Source: Desulfotomaculaceae bacterium
Lineage (GTDB): Bacteria > Bacillota > Desulfotomaculia > Desulfotomaculales > Pelotomaculaceae
Direction: 5' to 3'
Assembly (NCBI GenBank): GCA_041645005.1
Contig: JBAZQW010000001.1
Span: 26,728 to 90,727, forward strand
DNA length: 64,000 bases
Shown here in pieces: positions 17,727 through 25,977 of this stretch. The notes below the pieces were generated by a model. The model saw only the letters and a program-made list of their open reading frames with translations, had not been told where the DNA came from and did no database searches. A program made the position numbers and the translations under genes. Position 1 is the first letter of the stretch. Each line of letters opens with the position of its first letter.

Positions 17727-18676
17727 TTCTCACCCCTTCGGCTATGTTTCAACCCGACTAGAAGATTATTTAAGGTGTTTTTATGAACGGCTGCCCAGGC
17801 GAGCGGACTGCTGTTAGCATCGTGGGCCGAAAGCAGGCAATTAGTCATTTTCCGGAGCGGACTGTTCTTAGGCAAAGGCTCAGACTCAAAGACATCGAGC
17901 CCGGCGCCGGCGATAAGCTTTTTCTTTAAAGCTTTAACCAGCGCCTTTTCATCGATGATCGGCCCGCGAGCAGTATTGATAATGAACGCATTTGGCTTCA
18001 TCAGCGCGAACTCTTCAGCGCCGATCAAATGGCGGCTGGTTGAGTTAAGCTCGCAATTGAGACTGATAAAATCGGCTTGTGCCAGCAGTTCCCTTTTAGA
18101 CAATATCTTGGTCCCGGTCTCTTGAAGAAAAGCGTCATCGATCTTAACAATATCGGTGCCGATCGTCTTCATGCCAAAAGCGGCGGCCCGCCGGATAACT
18201 GCTTTGCCGATATTGCCGACGCCGATCACCCCCAGCACGCGCTCTTTAAGCGAAACGCCCTGCGTCTTCTGCCATTCGCCCCGGCGCATGGCAGAAGTGT
18301 TCCAGGGAATATTTCTGGCAAAACTAAGCATGTAACCAAGAACGGTATCGGCGACCGGATCGGTGAACGCGTTGGGCGTGTTATAAACACTTATACCGAG
18401 TTTTTCCGCCTCGGCCTTATCGATCGAATCGATCCCTGTCCCCCATTTGGCGATAACCTTGAGCTTTTTCGCTCGATGCAAGACTTTCGCCGTAAACCGG
18501 TCGTCCCCGCAAATCACGCCGTCAAGATCCCCGACCAGCTTAAGCAGGTCCGCTTCTTCCAATCTTTCGCGGACTTTCGGCACAACGATCGCAATCCCGT
18601 TCTCCCGGAAAAAAGATTTGAATTCGCTGATCACCGGCTGCAGATATGGGGCGGAAACCAGCACTTTCCATTTCAT
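17723..18676 (-). CDS. D-isomer-specific 2-hydroxyacid dehydrogenase
   Basis: Motifs GVIGVGNIGKAVIRRAAAFGMK, NTARGPIIDEKAL and GAGLDVFESEP. Confidence 0.85.
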   Translation of the reverse strand: MKWKVLVSAPYLQPVISEFKSFFRENGIAIVVPKVRERLEEADLLKLVGDLDGVICGDDRFTAKVLHRAKKLKVIAKWGTGIDSIDKAEAEKLGISVYNTPNAFTDPVADTVLGYMLSFARNIPWNTSAMRRGEWQKTQGVSLKERVLGVIGVGNIGKAVIRRAAAFGMKTIGTDIVKIDDAFLQETGTKILSKRELLAQADFISLNCELNSTSRHLIGAEEFALMKPNAFIINTARGPIIDEKALVKALKKKLIAGAGLDVFESEPLPKNSPLRKMTNCLLSAHDANSSPLAWAAVHKNTLNNLLVGLKHSRRGEK

Positions 18677-20610
18677 GTTAGCAATTCCTCCAGCTTTTTG
18701 GCAAAGGTCATTTGCGGATCGACCGAGAGATCACCGAATTGATCCGCCAGCGGTTCCAAACCATGCCGTTTCATTTCTGCCGTTTCACCCTCGTCGGCTA
18801 TCTTATCCAGCACCCGCGATAAAGAGGTTACATCATTGACCAGATGAATCGCTTTAGGGTATTCAAGCATCGGATTATGGCTGAATTGGGCCTGACAGCT
18901 ATAAACAATAGGTACGATACCGAGCGCGATCGCTTCCAAGGCGACCGTACCGCCCGTCAACAAAACCGCATGAGAAACCGAAATATAATCATATATTATA
19001 GCAGAATTAGGAACGATTTCGGATTCAGCCGGCACTTGACCAGTCAATTGACCGTTCACCGCCAGATTGGGGTGGAATTTGATGAAACTATGGTAACGGC
19101 TACCGCTCTTCTTTAACGCCGCTGAAAAGTCGCCCAACAGGGAAAGCGTTTCGGGCACCAGCGGAGAAGTGGCCAGAAAAATATTCTTTTGGGCCGCCGG
19201 CAATGAGTATTTGGCCAGCAGCTGGGGCAACGGTGGCCGGCGCAACGCATAATTTACCAAGGATCGTAGCCTCAGCGCGCCTCCGACAACCACCCGGTCA
19301 GAGGGATAACCGGCCCGTTTCATGCATTCGGCCCCTTTTTGACCGCAAGTAATGATGTGATCGGGCAAAGGCATGTTGTTACTATTATCTCGGCCGCGCC
19401 AATACGCCCCCAGCTCGCCGGCCCGAAACACATAGTTTAGGAAATTATTACTTAGCGCGGAATGCTGATAACCGATGCTTTTGGCCTTACCAAGGGTATT
19501 GTAGAGCAACGCCCGTTCCAGCGGCTGAAATTCAAGACGGAAGATGATCGCTTTGAACCGCTCCAGGCCGAGCCGATTAAAAGCGGAATAAAGCCAGAGC
19601 CAGTTGAACAATTGTCCGTTCAACAAAGAAATATTTAATTCTTCACGGATAAAATCAGAAAGATCTATCCCCTTAACCTCCAGCGTCCTCTCTTTGATCA
19701 GCTTGAACAGGCCATGAAGTTTCAGGACCAGACGGGAATTAAACGGAGCCAATAAGTCGTTTATACCGATAAACTGGTCCAGAAAGACCACTTTTTTATT
19801 TTGGCCCAAACTCTTCAGGTCGCGGCGGCTGGTAAACAGGGCGCGCAGGCCGGTAAAAAGCCAGATCAACTGGTAAACAGCGCGCTTTCCCTCCAGCTTA
19901 TCGCCGATATTGCCAAAAAATATATCGCCCTTTTCCACCGCCGGACGGCGCCACCACCCGGGATACAAGCTAAAGAACGCTAGTCCGCCCGGCGCAAACG
20001 TTTTGACTGACCCGATGCATGACAGACGCAAAAAAGATCGCTTAATGACCATGCGCCCTAGTTCGATAATTCCCGTCCAGTAGTAAGAGCGCGTGAACTT
20101 AAAAAGGCCAGGCGCGTATATTGGAGCCGCGCTTGGCGCGTCCTGATCGACGAACTTAATCTTTTTTACCCGCAACAAAGCGCTGACGGCTCGCCTAAGA
20201 TTGTCATCAGCGATAAATAGGCGGAGCTCATCATATGTTTTCTCCTCCAACAAATAATACAAGCGGAGAAAAGCATAAAGCCGGTGGACCGTCTTATCCA
20301 GCCAGATGTTTTTTTCACTGACATTAAGGAACCACCACAAGTTTATCCGGCCATAAGCAAATGCTTCCCTAGGAAAACCGGCGATAAAATTAAGATAGAG
20401 CGCTCTAGCTTCTTTTTCCGCCCTAAGGGAAATATCAGCAGAATCAACGGGCGTTATCCCGGCAAGCGCGCGGGCCTTGAGCGCTTCGGCCGGAGATATC
20501 CCGAACGTTAGAAGATGAATAGCAACTTTCCGATCATCCGCAGGAAGGCCTCCCCATTCACGGCCCAGATCATCCGCCACTATTAAAACATTTTTTCTTG
20601 CTTCAGCCAT
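18673..20610 (-). CDS. Uncharacterised 645-aa protein (U1) with a GT-B-like C-terminal half; putative glycosyl or phospho-sugar transferase
   Basis: No motif I can assign in the N-half. The C-half has SIGYQHSALSN, FIKFHPN (K-x-H-P) and VLLTGGTVALEAIALGIVPIVY. Confidence 0.35.
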   Translation of the reverse strand: MAEARKNVLIVADDLGREWGGLPADDRKVAIHLLTFGISPAEALKARALAGITPVDSADISLRAEKEARALYLNFIAGFPREAFAYGRINLWWFLNVSEKNIWLDKTVHRLYAFLRLYYLLEEKTYDELRLFIADDNLRRAVSALLRVKKIKFVDQDAPSAAPIYAPGLFKFTRSYYWTGIIELGRMVIKRSFLRLSCIGSVKTFAPGGLAFFSLYPGWWRRPAVEKGDIFFGNIGDKLEGKRAVYQLIWLFTGLRALFTSRRDLKSLGQNKKVVFLDQFIGINDLLAPFNSRLVLKLHGLFKLIKERTLEVKGIDLSDFIREELNISLLNGQLFNWLWLYSAFNRLGLERFKAIIFRLEFQPLERALLYNTLGKAKSIGYQHSALSNNFLNYVFRAGELGAYWRGRDNSNNMPLPDHIITCGQKGAECMKRAGYPSDRVVVGGALRLRSLVNYALRRPPLPQLLAKYSLPAAQKNIFLATSPLVPETLSLLGDFSAALKKSGSRYHSFIKFHPNLAVNGQLTGQVPAESEIVPNSAIIYDYISVSHAVLLTGGTVALEAIALGIVPIVYSCQAQFSHNPMLEYPKAIHLVNDVTSLSRVLDKIADEGETAEMKRHGLEPLADQFGDLSVDPQMTFAKKLEELLT

Positions 20611-20616
20611 GATTTA

Positions 20617-22962
20617 TTATTTGCGCTTACTCCTCCGGAACGACCAAATAAAACCTGAGATAATAAAGCAAAGCGTTCCTATACCGGAAAGCCAGAAAGA
20701 ATGAATGAGCATTTTGGGCTGGTACTTCAAGATAACCAGATTTCGCCCTTTATCGACCATAACAGCACGAAAAGCGCCGTAAGCCGGCATTATCTCTGTC
20801 AGCCGGCCGTTAACACTGGCCAGCCAATCAGGGGCAAAATTCTCTGCCAGGATAAGCTGCTGCCTGCCGCTGGAATTCACATCGATCACAATCCGGTTAT
20901 CAGAATAATCGGTGATTGCAAGCGTTCCCCCTGAACCTCTCAATTGTGACAAAGCTTCGATCTGCTGCGGTGAAAGATCCCTCCGATCATAGACCACCTG
21001 GCGCTTAAGTTGCGCCTCCGAATGTTTGTCGATGTAATCAACGATCTCTTTTTCCCCGCTGACCAAAGCATAATTATTGGCGAGAAAAAACCTCGGCGAC
21101 CAGGAGTTTATTTCATAAACGTAATAATCCATCGGCTGAAACAATGTCTTTAAATACCACTTGATCTTTGAGCGTTCAGCCAGCGCGGCAAAATCATCGC
21201 CCTTGTTGATCATTTTCATTCCCCGGCGGCCGGGGTCACTGATCCTGTACAAAGAGAAAACATACCGAACATTATGCAAAGCCAGCAGATCGGGCCGGAA
21301 GGATATTTGATCGATCGGCCCATGCTTATTAGTGCTGTCGATCAGGTAAGCTTTGTAGGGATACGACAGGAATTCATCCCTTTTATCTTTGATGACCGAT
21401 TCCCAATAAACCGCGTAACGACGCGAGTATTGTGAGGCATAGCCCCCGGCCACCTGATAACCATTGTAAAACCCAACCGTCGGATGCCAGTTGAGCCGTT
21501 CGGTCCGGTTAATAAAAGCTATTCGATAATCATATTTGTGCGCCGACCGGTACTTTTCAAACAGCGGCGAGCGGAAAAACGTTTTATAAGACGGCCCATC
21601 AAGCACCCTTAACAGCGCCACATTGGTCAATCTTTCCGCAAAGATCAGCAGGACAACAAAACCGACGAGCCAGGCGCGTTTGATCCGGAACAATTTAAGC
21701 AGATTGATCCCAACGAGAAACAGCAGGGTGAAAGTGATCAATATGAAAAGACCGATATGCCGGTCATAACCTGGTTTATTGAAGTAGTAATACAACAACA
21801 GGAAAACCGAGCTCGCGATCAAGAGAGAATATTTTCGAAAGTGCTCCTGGATCAAAACCATAAAAGCTTCAAAATTCGCGATAATTATCAGCAAAGTAAT
21901 GAAGGGAGACGGCAGAAGAAACCTGGATAACCGATAATCCTTCAAAGGCAAGTGTTGTCTTAAGTTCTGGAACCAGGCCGCTGAATCAACAAAAAACGCA
22001 AAAAAGAGAACCACAAGATAAAAATATAACAGCGCCCGGATCAGCTTGTCCCACTTCTTAAAACGGAGCAGACCGAACAAAAAGATAAAGGTCGAGATCA
22101 CGCCAAAGTTCATGGCCGAAGCGCCAATCGTATAATTGAACAGCCCCTTTAAGCGCTCGATCAAAGCGATCGGCTGGTCCGGTATCCACTTGACCAGACC
22201 ACGGCTGCCGATGCTGGTACTGGAAAATAGGGAAATTATCACTGGCAGGTTCATAACGACAACAAACGACCAAAGCCAAGAAAAAGCAACCAAGAGTTTT
22301 TGGCGCCTGTTCCTGTCCGGAGTAGCAAAGAAAATGAAAAACAATTGGAAGACCGCGATAAAAGGAGCCCCTTTAGCCAGGTAAATATTAGCAGCGGCAA
22401 CCAGCAAGCCTAAAAAGCTTAAAAGCCTTCTTCCTCTCTGCTCCTCAAAGACAAACCTCTCCAGGCAATAAAAAAGGAGCGGTATTGTCGCCAGGTCAAA
22501 GATCCGCCAGTAAGTCAGGCTGAAAGTCCCCAGCGCCCACAACAAACCGCCCGCAAAACTCGCCTGATCATCAGTCTTCAGATAATATTGCAGAAAAAGA
22601 TACCCGCCGTAACCGGCCAGGATAAATTGCATCATCGTAACCGCGACAAACGCCCACGGGTCCCGGAACAAACCGCCCACCAGCATCGGGAGGAATAACC
22701 AATTTATGTCCATATATAAGAATGGCAGCCCGCCCAGATAATCCGGGAACCAGAGCGGCAGGTGGAACGACAGGACGCGCCTGGCCATTTCAACCTGATA
22801 CGGCCAGAAGGAGTCCAATTGGTCATGGAGCTTCAGTAGCATCTGCTCGCCAAAAATGAACCTATCTAAGTGCGCGACAATCGCGGCAAGCAAAAAATAG
22901 AAGAAAAAACGAATCCCCTTTAATTGCCAAAGCCCAAATATTCTTTCCTTTATGTATTGCAT
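20617..22962 (-). CDS. Large polytopic membrane protein, YfhO/GT-C-like (putative extracytoplasmic glycosyltransferase)
   Basis: About 780 aa. It has many N-terminal hydrophobic helices, a soluble domain of roughly 250 aa and a final C-terminal helix (LSGIGTLCFIISGFIWSF). This matches YfhO-type architecture from memory. I prefer ATG 22962. Confidence 0.4.
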   Translation of the reverse strand: MQYIKERIFGLWQLKGIRFFFYFLLAAIVAHLDRFIFGEQMLLKLHDQLDSFWPYQVEMARRVLSFHLPLWFPDYLGGLPFLYMDINWLFLPMLVGGLFRDPWAFVAVTMMQFILAGYGGYLFLQYYLKTDDQASFAGGLLWALGTFSLTYWRIFDLATIPLLFYCLERFVFEEQRGRRLLSFLGLLVAAANIYLAKGAPFIAVFQLFFIFFATPDRNRRQKLLVAFSWLWSFVVVMNLPVIISLFSSTSIGSRGLVKWIPDQPIALIERLKGLFNYTIGASAMNFGVISTFIFLFGLLRFKKWDKLIRALLYFYLVVLFFAFFVDSAAWFQNLRQHLPLKDYRLSRFLLPSPFITLLIIIANFEAFMVLIQEHFRKYSLLIASSVFLLLYYYFNKPGYDRHIGLFILITFTLLFLVGINLLKLFRIKRAWLVGFVVLLIFAERLTNVALLRVLDGPSYKTFFRSPLFEKYRSAHKYDYRIAFINRTERLNWHPTVGFYNGYQVAGGYASQYSRRYAVYWESVIKDKRDEFLSYPYKAYLIDSTNKHGPIDQISFRPDLLALHNVRYVFSLYRISDPGRRGMKMINKGDDFAALAERSKIKWYLKTLFQPMDYYVYEINSWSPRFFLANNYALVSGEKEIVDYIDKHSEAQLKRQVVYDRRDLSPQQIEALSQLRGSGGTLAITDYSDNRIVIDVNSSGRQQLILAENFAPDWLASVNGRLTEIMPAYGAFRAVMVDKGRNLVILKYQPKMLIHSFWLSGIGTLCFIISGFIWSFRRSKRK

Positions 22963-22963
22963 A

Positions 22964-23713
22964 TTATCTATCCGGACGCTCAAGAACCGCCAGGCAACGG
23001 GTCGCCGCCAGGTTAGCCCATAACGGCCTGGTCCGCTCTTCCATTTGATATAATCCGCGAACGATAAACACTGGAAACTGCCAGGGCTGAAAGCCGCCGG
23101 TCAACAGATAACTGAGACCAGCGAAGGGAACGACCTTGCGCAAATGTAAACCGCTTTCAGAATTTCCCCCCTTCAGCGGAGAGTTGCGTTTTACTAAACA
23201 AAGGCGAGGAATTTCAGCGTTGCCGCTCATCGGCTCTTTGTCCTTGGGGAAAGCATTATGCCAAACATCCTCGACGACCACGCAATCCTCATGGTGCAAA
23301 TATTTATAGAACAGCCTGGAGAATATGGTCGTATAAGGTTCGATCATGACCAGGCGCCCGCCGGGACGCAACACTCTAGCGATCTCACGAAAAGCGACCA
23401 ACGGCGACTTCAAATGATGCAATACATCTACAAAAAAAACATTAGCAAAGCTTTGGTCATCGAATGGGAGTCGGTGGGCATCACATACCACTTTTATTCC
23501 CGGATAAGGAAAGATATCAGAAGTTGTAACATCTTCAACGACATCAGACAGGAATCCGGGCCCGCTACCAAGCTCCAATGCTGGCCCGGGGATAAGTTCC
23601 TGCCGTAAAAGATTGGCAAACACTTCGCGATAATAATAACGGAGCGAGCCCTTTGCAAGATATGTCTTGCGATGATCTTCAACCCAATCAAGTTTATGTT
23701 GGTCTTTAAGCAT
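22964..23713 (-). CDS. Class I SAM-dependent methyltransferase
   Basis: Motifs ALELGSGPGFLS and VLRPGGRLVMIEP. An AGGAG SD lies upstream of ATG 23713. Confidence 0.8.
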   Translation of the reverse strand: MLKDQHKLDWVEDHRKTYLAKGSLRYYYREVFANLLRQELIPGPALELGSGPGFLSDVVEDVTTSDIFPYPGIKVVCDAHRLPFDDQSFANVFFVDVLHHLKSPLVAFREIARVLRPGGRLVMIEPYTTIFSRLFYKYLHHEDCVVVEDVWHNAFPKDKEPMSGNAEIPRLCLVKRNSPLKGGNSESGLHLRKVVPFAGLSYLLTGGFQPWQFPVFIVRGLYQMEERTRPLWANLAATRCLAVLERPDR

Positions 23714-23726
23714 TTTTAACTCCTGG

Positions 23727-23742
23727 GTTCATAAGTTCATAA
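23727..23742 (-). repeat. Perfect tandem 8-bp direct repeat (plus strand GTTCATAA x2; coding sense TTATGAAC x2) in a 31-nt intergenic gap
   Basis: Read directly: ...gggttcataagttcataactt... Confidence 0.9.
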
Positions 23743-23744
23743 CT

Positions 23745-25184
23745 TTAAATAAATTTCAGCTTTTTCGCCGCGATACCGCTCATTTTCAGCAACAAGAAGC
23801 CGTCGCGAAAACGGGAAATATTTGTCGTGCCGTAAGTCCTTTCGCCATAACGGACAGGCAGATCAAGAATTTTCAGATTGAGTCTGGCGGCACCGAAAAG
23901 AAGATCAAAATCACCAAAGGGGTCAAAGTCACCGAAATAGTTGCGGTTGGCTGCGATCTTCTCATAATCACTCCGCCACAGGACCTTGGTGCCGCAGAGC
24001 GTGTCACGAACCTTTTGTCCAAGCAGGTAGCTAAAAAGTTTGGCAAAAAATCGGTTGCCCAACAGGTTGAGAAAACGCATCGCTTTTTCATCCATCGGGT
24101 AGATCAGGCGGCAGCCATTGACGAATTCGGCCTTATTGCGCGCCAGCAGGTTAATGAACTTCGGCAAGTCCTCCGGTGCGACTGTAACATCAGCGTCAAG
24201 GATGATCAGGATATCGCCTCTGGCGCTGGCAAAGGCGTGGCGAACCGCATCCCCTTTCCCTTTTCCCGGCTGCTGCAAGAAGCGCCAATTCTTTTCCGGA
24301 TTCCGCTCGATCATCTCCCGGATGCGCTCCGCAGTATCATCCGTGGAATTGCCTTCAATCCATATCACTTCGGAACCGTCCCGCAATGCCGGTAAACGAT
24401 CGGATAGCTGCTGCAGATGACCAGCTTCATTCCGGCAAGGGATCACGATACTGCAGGTCGGCTCTTTTGCCGGAACACTCGCCTGTTTAATTGGTCGGGC
24501 AATGATGCCAAACATCAGGTTCAATTCACTGATCAACGGCAGATTACCGACATAACGATTTATCCACCTCGAAACCGGCCCCAAATTAAAGGGAAAGATT
24601 ATATAATTGGCGCCGCGGATGATGTCATATTCAGCTGTCTGGAGCATTTCCCTGACAATATCCGAACTCAACCAGTTATTAACGGGGTTCTTGACCTTGA
24701 AACCCAGCCACTCCGCGATTTGGAGCGGTATTTGCCAGACCCGGCTGTAGCTGATGACGATTATCCTGGTCCGCGGATGACAGACCGTATGAAGCGCCTC
24801 AAAAACCGCCTGAACATCATGCATCTCCGTGATGCTATTGCATAACAAGACCACGTCAAATTTCTCGTTAAGCCCCGTCAAAAGAGCGGGATCCTGCGCA
24901 TCCCCGACAAAAAAGCTAAGTTCATTATTGGCATGCTTTTTTCGCGCCAGCTCGATCATCCCAGCCGAAATATCGATTCCCACACCCCGGGCGACATCAA
25001 GCGAGGCCAGCATGTCGCCGTTGCCGCAGCCGATATCTAAAACTTTTTGGCCGGGAATGATGACCGAGGAGAGAAAACGCTTTAATTCGTTGTAATAACC
25101 TTTAGTTCGCCGTTTGCTCTCATCAATTTTTAATGAATTATTATTGTAATAATCCCTGACCTTGGCAACTGTTTTATTTACCAC
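23745..25184 (-). CDS. Fusion protein: N-terminal SAM methyltransferase plus C-terminal GT2 (DPM1/GtrB-like polyprenyl-phosphate glycosyltransferase-like)
   Basis: The N-half has VLDIGCGNGDMLASL. The C-half has CSIVIPCRNEAGHL, GKGKGDAVRHAF and ILDADVTV (DxD). GTG start at 25184. Confidence 0.7.
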   Translation of the reverse strand: MVNKTVAKVRDYYNNNSLKIDESKRRTKGYYNELKRFLSSVIIPGQKVLDIGCGNGDMLASLDVARGVGIDISAGMIELARKKHANNELSFFVGDAQDPALLTGLNEKFDVVLLCNSITEMHDVQAVFEALHTVCHPRTRIIVISYSRVWQIPLQIAEWLGFKVKNPVNNWLSSDIVREMLQTAEYDIIRGANYIIFPFNLGPVSRWINRYVGNLPLISELNLMFGIIARPIKQASVPAKEPTCSIVIPCRNEAGHLQQLSDRLPALRDGSEVIWIEGNSTDDTAERIREMIERNPEKNWRFLQQPGKGKGDAVRHAFASARGDILIILDADVTVAPEDLPKFINLLARNKAEFVNGCRLIYPMDEKAMRFLNLLGNRFFAKLFSYLLGQKVRDTLCGTKVLWRSDYEKIAANRNYFGDFDPFGDFDLLFGAARLNLKILDLPVRYGERTYGTTNISRFRDGFLLLKMSGIAAKKLKFI

Positions 25185-25977
25185 TATTTGTCGCTCCTTT
25201 TACGCTTTGGCTTGAATATCGACTTTGCCAATAAGGGTCGTTCTTCAATAGTGCGATCACCCGCCCGATGTCTTCCGGCGTATCAACCGGCTGGGTGATA
25301 TATTCCGACACGCCGGAAGCGATCGGCAAATCATGCTCGATCGCCCGGAGCATATCTATCCCTTCGATCAGTTCGAGCGGCGTCCGCTCCAGCCGCGTAA
25401 ATTCCTGAAGAAAGTCACCGCGAAAACCGATGACGCAAGTCTGCCGATAGAAGACCGCTCTTTTTTTGACATCAAAGACCGAAGCCGGTATCGCCTGCCT
25501 GGTCAGGTAGATCAGCCGGTTATGGCGGGAAATGACCGCTTTGATCCGGTGATGATTTTGCAGATCGGCCTCATCTGTAATTCTTTCAATCAGATTAGCA
25601 CACCTGGCCGACGGGTCGTTTTTTAGCTTTTCGATCGTCAGCTCGATCACCGGCGGCGGCATGGCCGGCTCATCCCCCTGGACATTAAGGACCAGATCAT
25701 TGCCGGAAACATAACCAAGCTGTCTGGCCGCTTCAGCGACCCGATCCACCGCCGAAGGGCACTGGGTTGAGGTCATAACGATTTTAGCGCCAAATTTCTC
25801 ACAAGCCTGAAGAACTCGGTCTTCACAGACAGCCATGACCACCTCCTCGACCCCTTTGGCCAGCAAAGATCGCCGATAAACGTGCTCGATCATCGGCATC
25901 CCATCGATGATAGTCAACGGCTTTTCGGGGAATCGCCAGGAGCCAAGCCTGGCTGGAATAACTATTAATGTGCGCAT
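25174..25977 (-). CDS. KdsB-like CMP-ulosonate synthetase, copy 2
   Basis: Motifs MRTLIVIPARLGSWRFPEKPLTIIDGMPMI and VQGDEPAMPP. Confidence 0.75.
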   Translation of the reverse strand: MRTLIVIPARLGSWRFPEKPLTIIDGMPMIEHVYRRSLLAKGVEEVVMAVCEDRVLQACEKFGAKIVMTSTQCPSAVDRVAEAARQLGYVSGNDLVLNVQGDEPAMPPPVIELTIEKLKNDPSARCANLIERITDEADLQNHHRIKAVISRHNRLIYLTRQAIPASVFDVKKRAVFYRQTCVIGFRGDFLQEFTRLERTPLELIEGIDMLRAIEHDLPIASGVSEYITQPVDTPEDIGRVIALLKNDPYWQSRYSSQSVKGATNSGK

